From positions 63,829 to 127,828 of the forward strand of contig CAVUOF010000009.1 in the NCBI GenBank assembly GCA_963743045.1: a stretch of 64,000 bases of DNA. Direction: 5' to 3'. The notes beneath the pieces are model-generated. The model was not told the DNA's origin. It ran no database searches and saw only the letters and a list, made by a program, of their open reading frames with translations. This DNA comes from an uncultured Acidobacteriota bacterium (GTDB lineage Bacteria > Acidobacteriota > Blastocatellia > RBC074). Below, one piece after another: positions 10,041-19,370 of the stretch (the first letter of the stretch is position 1; every line of letters starts with the position of its first letter). A program made the position numbers and the translations under genes.

Positions 10041-12884
10041 ATGAAAAGACCCGTCCAATTTCTGTTCGGATGTCTGCTGGCTTCGGCATTAGCTACGGTT
10101 CACGCTTCCGTGAGGCAGGACCCTCAAGAGTTGAGAGCTGAGTCACAGCGGGCGGCTAATAGCACCGAACAGCTATCCCAATCAACACAGCTCGGAGGTG
10201 GGTCGGTACTCGAGCTGCGGGATGGCAGGATCGCATGCCGCGAAGTTACTGAAGAAGAGTCCGGAGCCCTTCAGCGCAATCCCGTGCAGCTGCACGTGAT
10301 CAGCGACGGGTTTCATCCCGCAGCGGACCAGACTGGTCTGAAGATTGTCCTGCGTGGGACATCGCAACTCGAACAGTTTCCCGATGCCAAAGCGGCCTTC
10401 ATCCGCGCGGCGCACGCCTGGGAGTTGCTGATTCAGAATCCAATAACGGTGGTGATTGACGTCGACTTCGGTACAACAGCCTTCGGCAAACCATTTGGGG
10501 AGAATGAACTGGGCAACACACACTTCCAGCGATTCGTCGAAGAGAATATCTATTCCACGATTCGCGCTGCCCTCATTCGAAGCGCAGGAAGCCCCCAGGA
10601 GGCTGCCCTCTACAACTCGATGCCTGCGTCGCAGTTGCCGACAGATCTGGGCGGCGCCACGGCAATGATCTATCACATCCCAGCGATGCGGGCCCTGGGA
10701 CTGTTTCCAGCCGTTGCTGATCCTGAGGCTGACCGAGCCAAGCTCGGCCCGCCCCCAGCCATAGCTTTCAATGCAAGTGAAGGCTTCGATTTCGATCCAA
10801 GCGACGGTAACAAGCCCAAGAGGTTCGACTTCACTTCGCTAGCCATGCACGAGATTGGCCACGCGCTCGGATTCTTCTCAGGCGTCGGGCAGACCGAACT
10901 GTTTCCCGGTGCGCCGCCTGCGGCGGAGGTACTCGACCTGTTTCGCTTCCGGCCCGGTGTTACGTTGGCAACCTTCGCATCCGCGCAGCGGATCCTCTCC
11001 TCGGGCGGCGATCAGGTTTTCTTCGGAGGTGCGTCGGAGTTGCCGCTTTCGACCGGAAGGCAGAACTACACTGGCGGCGACAATCGCCAGGCAGGCCATT
11101 GGAAAGATCACCTGCTGACCGGTCGCTATGTCGGCATTATGGACCCCACGTTTGAGGAGGGCAGCCGATCCGATATGACCAGCAATGATCGCGACGCGTT
11201 TGAGTTGATCGGCTATCGCACGAATCCTCTGCTCAACGCACAGGAGGCCGAATTGAAGCTGGATGATGGAAGTATGGATAGTGGCGCGTTAGGCAATGGA
11301 TTGATAGTCATCAACCGGCTGACGCCCTCTAGTTATCCTTCGACGTTGCGCAAGCTGCGTATCGTAGTTCCGATCCTCCGAGATCAACCCAATGCGACAG
11401 GCCAGCCGATAACTCTGCTCTATCGCCGGCAGTTCGACCGGGCAAGTGCCAACGGTCTCGCAGTTCACTCGAATGAAGACCATCGTGCCGAGCGCCAGCA
11501 GCGCGCTCTTCCTCGAGTTTGCGATCCCCAATGGCCCGACGATCAACGGGGGCGATTTTTATGTCGGATATGAGACGCCTGCGCCCCACCAGGGAGTAGG
11601 TTTTGCCGCTGACCTGAGCGGCTCATCCGAGAATCGCAGTTTCTATTCGACAGACGGCGGTGCCAGCTTCGGGCCTCTCAGTGACGTGTATCAAGGCAAG
11701 CCGGCCAACGCCATGATCCGCGCCATCGTCGCGATCGCAGGGCCGCCTGCGCCTCCGCCGCCTGATGCGGGGCCAAGGCCGGCCCCCACGCCAAACATTG
11801 TTGCGTTGACATCAGGAGTCCCGAAGGATGGATTCATGGCCGACTCCTCGCCACGCGGAATTGCGTTCAACACCCAGTACACGATCCAGGTGCCGAGCGG
11901 TGCGACGCAGCTCAAGATTGACGTGAATGGAAACACGGACATCGATATCTATGTGCGTTTCGGCAGCAGTATCCCGATTGAGTACGGCTATCCAGTAGCC
12001 GATTTCAGGTCCATTTCGGACAACTTCAACGAATCCATCACCGTCACCCCGGCCAGCTCGCCGGCATTGCAGGCCGGCGTGTATTACATCCAACTGGTGA
12101 ATTACGGTTCGGGGTCGTCTTCGTTTACCATCACAGCCACCGTTAGCTGCTTCCACGCCGTCACAGGGCAAAGTCGTCAGCGTCTCCGCCGCAAGCTTCA
12201 ACGGCGATGCGCTCGCGAGCGATGAGATTGTCGCGGCCTTCGGCACTCGTCTCGCCACCGCCACAGTTCTGAGCTCCGGTACACTGACCACAGAGCTCGG
12301 CGGTACGCGAGTCATGGTGACGGATAGCGCAGGAGCACAACGGCAAGCCATGCTCTTCTTCGTCTCGCCAGGTCAGGTCAATTACCTGATGCCGACCGGG
12401 ACTGCCAATGGCCCTGCAACGATAACCATAACGAGCGGTGACGGCACCGTTTCAACTGGGACAACGCAGATTGCAAGCGTGGCCCCTGGTCTGTTCACAG
12501 CCAACGCCGACGGAAAGGGCGCACCGAACGCGTTCTCTCTCCGAGTAACGCCCGGCGGTCAGCAGACCTCTGAGCCTGTATTTCAGTTCGATGCTGCGCA
12601 AAAGAGGTTCATGCCCGAAGCCGATCGATTTCGGCAACGCGTCCGATCAGCTCTTCCTGATCCTGTTCGGCACGGGCATCCGCAATCGTCAGGACCTTTC
12701 GACGATTGACCTGAGGATCGGCGGGATTCAAGTGCCGGTACTATTTGCCGGAGGAAACGGGTATGTCGGAGAGGATCAGCTGAACGTCCCACTGCCGCGT
12801 AGCCTGGCAGGGCGAGGCGATGTGGATGTGACTCTGGTCGTCGATGGGAAGGCGGCCAACACCGTGAGAGTCAATATTCGTTGA
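10041..12884 (+). pseudogene. secreted HExxH metalloprotease (NF038122-like) fused to a bacterial pre-peptidase-like region and a TIGR03437-like C-terminal domain; three frame changes
   Basis: GGGAGA RBS and ATG at 10041, signal peptide MKRPVQFLFGCLLASALATVHA, zinc motif AMHEIGHALGFFSG. It continues in ORFs 11446..12225, 12314..12709 and 12591..12884. The C-terminus (ASVAPGLFTANADGKG...[21 protein letters not shown]...[20 protein letters not shown]) is like that of gene 1356..2324. Confidence 0.65.
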
Positions 12885-12889
12885 GAACC

Positions 12890-12988
12890 GTGGCACAGGC
12901 TGTCCAGCCTGTGCCAGCTCTCGCCAGAGCGTACTCGCAGGTAATTGAAGCAGTGTTCAGGAGCCGCAGACTGGACAGTCTGCGGCAC
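12890..12988. repeat. R2 element (degenerate inverted pair)
   Basis: GTGGCACAGGCTGTCCAGCCTGTGCCAG ... GCCGCAGACTGGACAGTCTGCGGCAC. It starts 6 nt after the stop at 12884. Confidence 0.85.
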
Positions 12989-13043
12989 AGCCCGGTAGGC
13001 GGAGTCTGTGCAGGGAGATATCCTCGTAGCCCCTACAGGCGTT

Positions 13044-13177
13044 GAGCAATTTGGAGTGCGGCGACTGTCGCCGCTTTTAGTTATCTGTTGCAGGTCTATT
13101 GAGCAAGAGGCCTCTCTTCTCCGATAGACAGCAACAGGTAACTAAAGCGACGAAGTCGCCGCACTCCAAATTGCTCC
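13044..13177. repeat. R1 element (arm pair plus inner palindrome)
   Basis: GAGCAATTTGGAGTGCGGCGACTGTCGCCGCTTTT ... AAAGCGACGAAGTCGCCGCACTCCAAATTGCTCC. The core starts and ends with AGTTATCTGTTGC / GCAACAGGTAACT. Confidence 0.9.
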
Positions 13178-13280
13178 CCTGAGTGGGTACCGAGCGCTGC
13201 ATTTTTCCGAAACATAGCGGCACTGCTCCTACGGAGGCCGTGGCCAATTTCTGCTCACAGAAAAATGTCCAAACTCGAGG

Positions 13281-13308
13281 GTGGCGCAGACTGGACAGTC
13301 TGCGGTAC
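13281..13308. repeat. R2 solo hairpin
   Basis: GTGGCGCAGACTGGACAGTCTGCGGTAC. Confidence 0.8.
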
Positions 13309-13347
13309 AGCAGCACGCCTACGGCGCCAGGCAGGCACAAAAAACAT

Positions 13348-13395
13348 AAAGGAACACAAAATCTCACGTTCTGTTTTGAGTCTTTGTGTTCCTTT
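13348..13395 (+). terminator. AT-rich hairpin with T-run (terminator- or attenuator-like) upstream of the esterase gene
   Basis: AAAGGAACACAAA (13348..13360) pairs with TTTGTGTTCCTTT (13383..13395). The loop is 22 nt, followed by TTTGC. Confidence 0.3.
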
Positions 13396-13445
13396 TTTGC
13401 GTTCTTTGCGGTTACTCTAGACGCTCATCACCTGAGGGCCACACA

Positions 13446-15014
13446 ATGAAAATCACTCGAAGCAGTCAGTTATTGCTCCTCCTTCTGATCCTTTCGTCCA
13501 CTGGTTATGCTCAGAATGGCTACCAGTTCACCAACTGGAAGCCCGCGCTCAATGAAACAAATCTTCGAAAGCCAAAACAGGATTGCCGTGCGCTGGTCAG
13601 CTCAACTGGATACGAATTCTCCGTCGATACCGCCACTCTCGTTCCTGCCTCCGGAGAGCTTCCCGAGTTCTGCCAGGTCTTAGGTCAGGTAGAGCCCGAG
13701 GTGCGTTTCGAGCTGAGCCTGCCGACTTCATGGAATGGAAGGCTCTACATGTTCGGCAATGGCGGCTATGCGGGTGAGAACCTGACGGCTCCGGCGCGTG
13801 CCAACGCGCGCAACTCAGCGCTCAAGCATGGCTTCGCTGTCGCACAGACAAACACGGGTCACGACGCAGTAATCGAGCCGCTTGGAACCTTTGCGGTCAA
13901 CCGGCAGAAGCTGATCGACTATGCCTACCGTGCGGTGCACATCACAGCAGAGACATCAAAACGGCTGATACGACTCTACTACGACAGCGCACCCGTCCGG
14001 AGCTACTTCGACGGCTGCTCAACGGGAGGACGGCAGGGCCTCATGTCGGCGCAGCGCTTTCCGGATGATTTTGACGGCATAGTCGTCGGAGCACCGGTAC
14101 TCGATTTTACGGGCACCATGACGAACTACGTCTCCATGGTGCGGGCTCTCGCGAGCGAACCTATACCGCTCGAGAAGATGAAGATCGTCGCGCAACGGGT
14201 CTATGCAAAATGCGATGGCGCAGACGGTCTGGTCGACGGGCTGATCACGGATCCGCGCCGATGCGAGTTTGAGGCGGAGAAGGATCTCCCGCATTGCGCG
14301 AGCGATACAGACGGAAAGGACTGCTTCACAAGCGGCCAGATTCACACGCTCGAGACGATATATCACGGCGCTGCAGCGGGCGGTAAACGTCTCTTTTGGG
14401 GCCAGCCGGTGAGCGCCGAAATCGACATGGCCGGTGGCTTGAGCGGATGGAACGCCTGGATCATTGCGCAGCAGGGACGGTCCATTTCGGCAACCTTCGC
14501 CGAGACATTCTTTCGCTTCCTCGCGTTTCAGAAGCCTGATCCGAACTACGATCTGAAGTCCTTCAACCTCGATTCTGATCCAGCGAAGCTGGCAGCGATC
14601 GGCAGTATTCTCGACGCGAAGAATCCGGATCTCTCTCGCTTCAAGGCGCGAGGAGGCAAGATCGTCATGTATTTCGGCTGGGCTGATCCGGCTCTCAATC
14701 CTTTGATGGGTATCGACTACTACGAGAAGGTGGCAGCGAAGTTCGGAAGCCAGACGGGCGACTTCTTCCGACTCTTCATGGTGCCCGGGATGGCTCACTG
14801 CAGGGGCGGCGTCGGAACCGATGAATTGGATGCTCTAACGGCGGTGTTCGACTGGGTTGAGAAGGGGAATGCACCAAAGGAGCTGATTGCTTCGCAACGA
14901 AAGAGTGGAAGTGTTTCGAGAACCCGCCCGTTGTGTCCCTACCCGCAAGTCGCAAAGTATAAGGGAACGGGCAACGTCGACGAAGCAAGCAGCTTTTCCT
15001 GTGTGAGCCCGTGA
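13446..15014 (+). CDS. tannase / feruloyl esterase family alpha/beta hydrolase, secreted
   Basis: ATG at 13446 (MKITRSSQLLLLLLILSSTGYAQ). Family-typical motifs: SLPTSWNGRLYMFGNGGYAG and YFDGCSTGGRQGLMSAQRFPDDFDGIVVGAPV. Intact ORF. Confidence 0.8.
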   Translation: MKITRSSQLLLLLLILSSTGYAQNGYQFTNWKPALNETNLRKPKQDCRALVSSTGYEFSVDTATLVPASGELPEFCQVLGQVEPEVRFELSLPTSWNGRLYMFGNGGYAGENLTAPARANARNSALKHGFAVAQTNTGHDAVIEPLGTFAVNRQKLIDYAYRAVHITAETSKRLIRLYYDSAPVRSYFDGCSTGGRQGLMSAQRFPDDFDGIVVGAPVLDFTGTMTNYVSMVRALASEPIPLEKMKIVAQRVYAKCDGADGLVDGLITDPRRCEFEAEKDLPHCASDTDGKDCFTSGQIHTLETIYHGAAAGGKRLFWGQPVSAEIDMAGGLSGWNAWIIAQQGRSISATFAETFFRFLAFQKPDPNYDLKSFNLDSDPAKLAAIGSILDAKNPDLSRFKARGGKIVMYFGWADPALNPLMGIDYYEKVAAKFGSQTGDFFRLFMVPGMAHCRGGVGTDELDALTAVFDWVEKGNAPKELIASQRKSGSVSRTRPLCPYPQVAKYKGTGNVDEASSFSCVSP

Positions 15015-15018
15015 AGGT

Positions 15019-15108
15019 GGTATGGAGTGCGGCAACTTGAGGCCGCTTTTGATTTGGTAATGCTGCAATGACTAACGCAAAAGCGGCGACAAGTCGCCGC
15101 ACTCCATA
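15019..15108. repeat. R1 element (TATGGAGTGCGGC subtype)
   Basis: GTATGGAGTGCGGCAACTTGAGGCCGCTTTT ... AAAAGCGGCGACAAGTCGCCGCACTCCATAC. It starts 5 nt after the stop at 15014. Confidence 0.85.
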
Positions 15109-15231
15109 CTGAGCCAGTCGCCGCGCTTCTCTCATGAGCCCAACCTGCATGGCGCGCTAATTGCACAAGGCTAATAATGCCCGATGACAGCGGTGAAAGG
15201 CCGTACTGTCTTCATTCAGATTGACCTGAGA

Positions 15232-16468
15232 ATGCCGCCTAAGACGACAATTCCCGTTACAGAGTCTCCATTCTGGTGGCTACGGTGGGTTCCTGCGGCA
15301 ATTTGCGCGCTCCTGCTGCTCTATTTTCTCTATGTCGTCGGCAGCATCGCGGTGGTTCCCCTCCTGGCTTCGGTAGCCCTGGCCTACCTGCTTAATATAT
15401 TCGTTCAGCTTCTTGAAAGGCTTGGCCTCTCGCGGCCGGTGGCGGCACTCCTTACGCTTCTCGGCGTGATACTTGCGATCGCCATTTTTCTGACATTTGT
15501 TATTCCGGACCTCTGGGAACACGGAGCCATTGCAGGCCAGAAGCTGACCCGTTATTTCACCGCGGAGAATGCGGTGCGCCAGCGATTGTTCGTCCGCCGC
15601 TTTTCACCTTTCCTTGATCGTGTTGCAGGCAGCCGGATCGAGCAGTTCCTGCGCGACCCTGTAGCCGCCATTGGATCCCCAACGAGCTGGTTTGCAGGTG
15701 GTCTCTCAGGTTTTCTGTCGACGGCTGTCGCTTCACTCGATCTGCTGCTCATTCCTTTCTTTGTTTTCTACATCCTCATCGACTTCGGCAGGTGGCGCGA
15801 TGGTTTGGAGGATCTGATTCCTCCGCGTTTCCGTCAGCCTTTCAGTCGCCTCTTCGACGAGGTCGGACGGATTCTTGAATCATATGTCAGGGGCCAATTG
15901 CTCATTGGGACTTGCATGGCCGGCCTTTACGCCGTTGGGTTCGCTGCACTCCGCGTTCCGGCATGGGCGGGAATAGCGGCAATTGCCGGCGTCCTCAATG
16001 CCATTCCGTACGTCGGGTCGACCCTTGGTCTACTGCTCGCGACAGGATTCACGCTCGCTGAGGGCGGAGGATGGTGGCATGTCGCCGGCGTCGTCGGAGT
16101 CTTCGTGGTAGTGCAGACCATCGAAGCGATACCTGCTCACGCCGCGAATACTCGGGACACGACTCAACCTGCATCCAATGGCTGTCATTCTCGGCCTGCT
16201 GATTGGCGCAAAGCTCTTTGGATTGCTGGGGGTGATCCTGGTTATCCCGACGATCGCTGTAGCGAAAGTCTTTCTCATGTTCGTTCGAGAGCTCTACAAG
16301 GCTTCGAGCTTCTATCACAACGGCGAGCTCAGTCCCGAAGAGACGCCAAGTGAGGTGCTCGAGGAACGCATCGCAGAGGCAGCGGATACGGTGCTCGCCG
16401 AACAGGTCAGCGCTTCGAGTGGAAATGAATTGTTCGCGCATGACAAAGAGGAGCCTGATAGAGAGTGA
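15232..16468 (+). pseudogene. AI-2E family transporter (PerM/UPF0118-like permease); one frame change
   Basis: Multi-TM protein. VRGQLLIGTCMAGLYAVGFAALRVPAWAGIAAIAGVLNAIPYVGS...VVQTIEA continues in ORF 16178..16468 as ...LLTPRILGTRLNLHPMAVILGLLIGAKLFGLLGVILVIP. Junction near 16128. Confidence 0.75.
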
Positions 16469-16506
16469 TGCAAGCGGTCTAGTGAGCCGCAGCTACATCG
16501 AACGAC

Positions 16507-17790
16507 ATGAGCGAACGTCCTGACAAACGAGCCGGTGTAATCCTGGTTTCGGAGCTTGAGCGCTTCCGTGCTGAGAGATTCGCAGGGACACAGCGCGAAG
16601 GCGAGCGACCTGTTGGTAAATCTCACTGATGGCGATCATCCGCCGGTTCGTTTTGTTCTTTTCAAGGACGAGAAGGGAGTCGAGGTCGCGCTACCGAGCG
16701 AAGCCATAAAACGAATTGACTGCGACCGTCGCTGGTTCGAAGTGGATGATCTGACGGCCGCCACTCCCGTATCGAGCGAACTGCTCAATGAGCAGGCTCG
16801 TCTGCGGCGGGACGTTCTTGACTCCCTCGTGCTCGATCTGAAAGACCGTTGTGCGATGCGTGCGAACGACCTTTGGCTCGAGGAGAACGATGGAGAATTG
16901 TCTCTCGCCGCCGCCGATGGAAGCGGTCAGGCGATCCTGCGCCGGCTGACACGCGGGTGGATCGATCGAAGACGCAGCATTCGTTGCGCGGACTGGAAAT
17001 ATGTCGAGTTCCTCTCCGGTGATCCGAAGCGTGTCAGGGACAGTTCCGGTGAACACATGAGGATTGCACGGTTACCGGCCGGCGAGATCGCTCATCTGAT
17101 TGAAGCCATGCCATACCTGCACGCTGCCGAGCTGCTCGAAGATGCTGCCGGACCATCTCGCTGCGGACGTGCTGGAGATGATGACCTCAGAGCGGGAGCT
17201 CCAGGTTTTCGAAGAGCTTGACGAGGAGCGCGCCCTGCGAATGCTGGCGTTGATGGCCCCCGATGCTGCAGCCGATCTGATTGGCCATTTGCACATTGAC
17301 GATTCAAAGAGATACCTCGAGGCCTTGTCTGAACCACAGCGAGGTCGGCTCATTGAGCTGCTCCGATACCCGGAAGACACTGTCGGCGGAGTAATGACCA
17401 ACGACGTCATCTTCGCCCCGGCTCGGACTGACCAGGAAAGAGGCACGCGAGAGCCTGCGGGAGAGGCTGAAGGAGGCCGACTTCACCTACTTTCTCTATG
17501 TCGTAGACGATGAAGAGAGTCGCAGGCTGCAGGGCGTAATCAGCCTTCGTCAGTTGGTGATCGCTGAGGATGAGCAGCGCCTCGAAGAATTTATGAATCC
17601 CTACGTGACCACACTCGACCCCCTCGAGCCAGCACGCATCGCTGCCGATCGTGTTCTGAGCAGTCACCTCGCCGCGCTTCCCGTTGTCGGAGATCAAGGT
17701 CGCTTGATCGGAATCATGACCATTGATGCGGCCGTCGCTGAGGCCGCACCGCAAAGCTGGAGTGCGCGGGCCCCGAAGATATTCTCTTGA
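16507..17790 (+). pseudogene. PRC-barrel-like + MgtE N-domain + CBS-pair protein (MgtE cytoplasmic sensor module without the membrane pore); three frame changes
   Basis: ATG at 16507 (MSERPDKRAGVILVSELERF). MgtE_N-like: LPAGEIAHLIEAMPYLHAAELLED / LPDHLAADVLEMM...LALMAPDAAADLIGHL...LLRYPEDTVGGVMT. CBS pair: FLYVVDDEESRRLQGVISLRQLV and ALPVVGDQGRLIGIMTIDAAV. It stops at 17790 where the MgtE TM domain would start. Junctions near 16565, 17145 and 17428. Confidence 0.7.
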
Positions 17791-17808
17791 AGCCATTGAT
17801 CAATCCAG

Positions 17809-19164
17809 ATGACTCGCCTCAGGGTCTCGAGCCTGTCTCGAATATTGCGAGTGCAAGAGCGCCCGGGCTGCGGCCGGCCGATCGCCGCTGGAGTGCGGAT
17901 CAATCTTCGCGGCCGGAGTGTGCGGCTGCGCGGGTTGAGAAAGCCACCGACCGGAATCTGGCGATGGCTGGTCATACTCGGGCCTGGGTTGATTGCGAGC
18001 TCCGCCGGGAACGATGCGGGCGGCATTGCCACCTACAGCGCGACTGGAGCCAGGTACGGCTACGATCTGATCTGGGTCATGCTGGTTATGACCGTCCTCC
18101 TGGCAGTGGTCCAGGAGATGGCGGCCCGGCTCGGAGCAGCGACCGGCCGCGGGCTGCTCGACCTGATCCGCGAGCAATACGGTCTCGGCTGGGCATGCTT
18201 CGCGGTGGGCGTCATCCTGATAGCCAATGGTGGTCTCGTCATCAGCGAGTTCGTTGGTATTGGAGCTGCCGCCGAGCTGCTGGGTCTGAGCAAATACCTC
18301 GCTGTGCCTGTGGCTGCGGCCATCATCTGGTATCTGGTAGTCTTCGGCAGCTATGGCCGCGTCGAGAAGGTCTTTCTGCTTCTGACCCTGGTTTTCTTTG
18401 CCTATCCTGTCGCTGCAATCCTTGCCCGCCCGCACTGGTCTGAGGTGGCGCGAGGAGCCTTCATTCCGACGATCCGCTACGACTCGAAATATCTGACACT
18501 GGTCGTGGGACTGATTGGCACTACCATCACGCCGTACATGCAGCTCTTCCAGCAGAGCTCGATTGTTGAGCGCGGGTCTGCGCGGCGTCACTATGGGGCA
18601 GAGCGCGTCGACGCTTATGCCGGCTCCGTCTTCTCCAACCTCATGTCCATCTTCATGATCATCGCCACGGCGGCCACTCTCCATGCCATCGGCACGACGG
18701 AGATTGAGACGGCGGCCGATGCTGCACGAGCACTTGCGCCGGTGGCCGGGCGCGCTGCGGGAATCGTCTTCGCAATCGGACTGCTCGGGGCGTCGATGCT
18801 CGCGGCCGCAGTGCTTCCGCTGGCTACTTCTTATGCTATCAGCGAAGCCTTCGGATTCCTCAAGGGTGTCAATCTGGATTACCGGCGCGCGAAGATGTTC
18901 TTCGGGTTGTTCACGGCATTGATACTGCTTGGAGCGGCCCTCGCGTTGATTCCCGGGCTCCCGGTGATTGAGTTGTTGGTAGGGATACAGGTGCTCAACG
19001 GTTTCATGCTTCCTATAATTCTTGTGTTCATTCTGCGGCTGATTAATAACAGCAAGCTGACGGGAGAGCTGAAGAATACGAGACTTTACAATCTGCTTGG
19101 GTGGGGAACCTTTTCGTTCGTTACCGTGGCCGTCGTGTTGATGCTGGGAACGTCAATTCCTTGA
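17809..19164 (+). CDS. NRAMP/SLC11-fold transporter with non-canonical metal site (NRMT-like, candidate Mg2+ transporter)
   Basis: Intact 451-aa multi-TM ORF. TM1 is LGPGLIASSAGNDAGGIATYS (canonical DPGN becomes DAGG). TM6 is LIGTTITPYMQLFQQSS (canonical A-x-x-MPH becomes T-x-x-TPY). Confidence 0.7.
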   Translation: MTRLRVSSLSRILRVQERPGCGRPIAAGVRINLRGRSVRLRGLRKPPTGIWRWLVILGPGLIASSAGNDAGGIATYSATGARYGYDLIWVMLVMTVLLAVVQEMAARLGAATGRGLLDLIREQYGLGWACFAVGVILIANGGLVISEFVGIGAAAELLGLSKYLAVPVAAAIIWYLVVFGSYGRVEKVFLLLTLVFFAYPVAAILARPHWSEVARGAFIPTIRYDSKYLTLVVGLIGTTITPYMQLFQQSSIVERGSARRHYGAERVDAYAGSVFSNLMSIFMIIATAATLHAIGTTEIETAADAARALAPVAGRAAGIVFAIGLLGASMLAAAVLPLATSYAISEAFGFLKGVNLDYRRAKMFFGLFTALILLGAALALIPGLPVIELLVGIQVLNGFMLPIILVFILRLINNSKLTGELKNTRLYNLLGWGTFSFVTVAVVLMLGTSIP

Positions 19165-19199
19165 TTGGGCGAGGTAGAGGCAGATGACCCGCGGCAGAC

Positions 19200-19330
19200 G
19201 TGGCGCGGGCTGTCCAGCCTGGCCAGGCCACGCTTCTGCTGTCTTGCGAGACCAGAAGTTGGCTCAAGGGACGAGTGAAAACCACTAGAGCGCAGGAGAA
19301 GTTTGCCGCAGACTGGACAGTCTGCGGCAC
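19200..19330. repeat. R2 element (degenerate left arm)
   Basis: GTGGCGCGGGCTGTCCAGCCTGGCCAG ... GCCGCAGACTGGACAGTCTGCGGCAC. It lies inside the N-terminal extension of ORF 19200..21032. Confidence 0.85.
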
Positions 19331-19370
19331 GATTGCGGACCTGCCGCACAGGACTCTACAAATAATATGG

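Noticed and set aside
9921-15108. Genes bracketed by imperfect palindromes (metalloprotease, esterase) might be integron cassettes with attC sites.
   Set aside because: There is no integrase and no GTTRRRY/RYYYAAC core sites at the element ends. The flanked genes have their own RBS, signal peptides and varied orientations, and the same repeats also sit between ordinary convergent genes.
16469-16506. M-box or other metal riboswitches might lie upstream of the MgtE-like/NRAMP genes and of corA (25840..25892).
   Set aside because: The leaders are only about 38 and 53 nt long, far too short for an M-box, and no conserved motif is seen.
17800-18684. Long antisense ORFs inside well-supported genes. 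Examples are 17800..18684(-), 14019..14798(-), 25027..25866(-), 48837..49649(-), 27107..27724(-), 28189..28848(-), 21947..22582(-), 54199..54717(-) and 35051..35515(-).
   Set aside because: These are typical stop-poor antisense frames of GC-rich coding DNA. Their Arg/Pro/Ser-rich, low-complexity products have no recognisable motifs, and the sense strand carries clear conserved domains.
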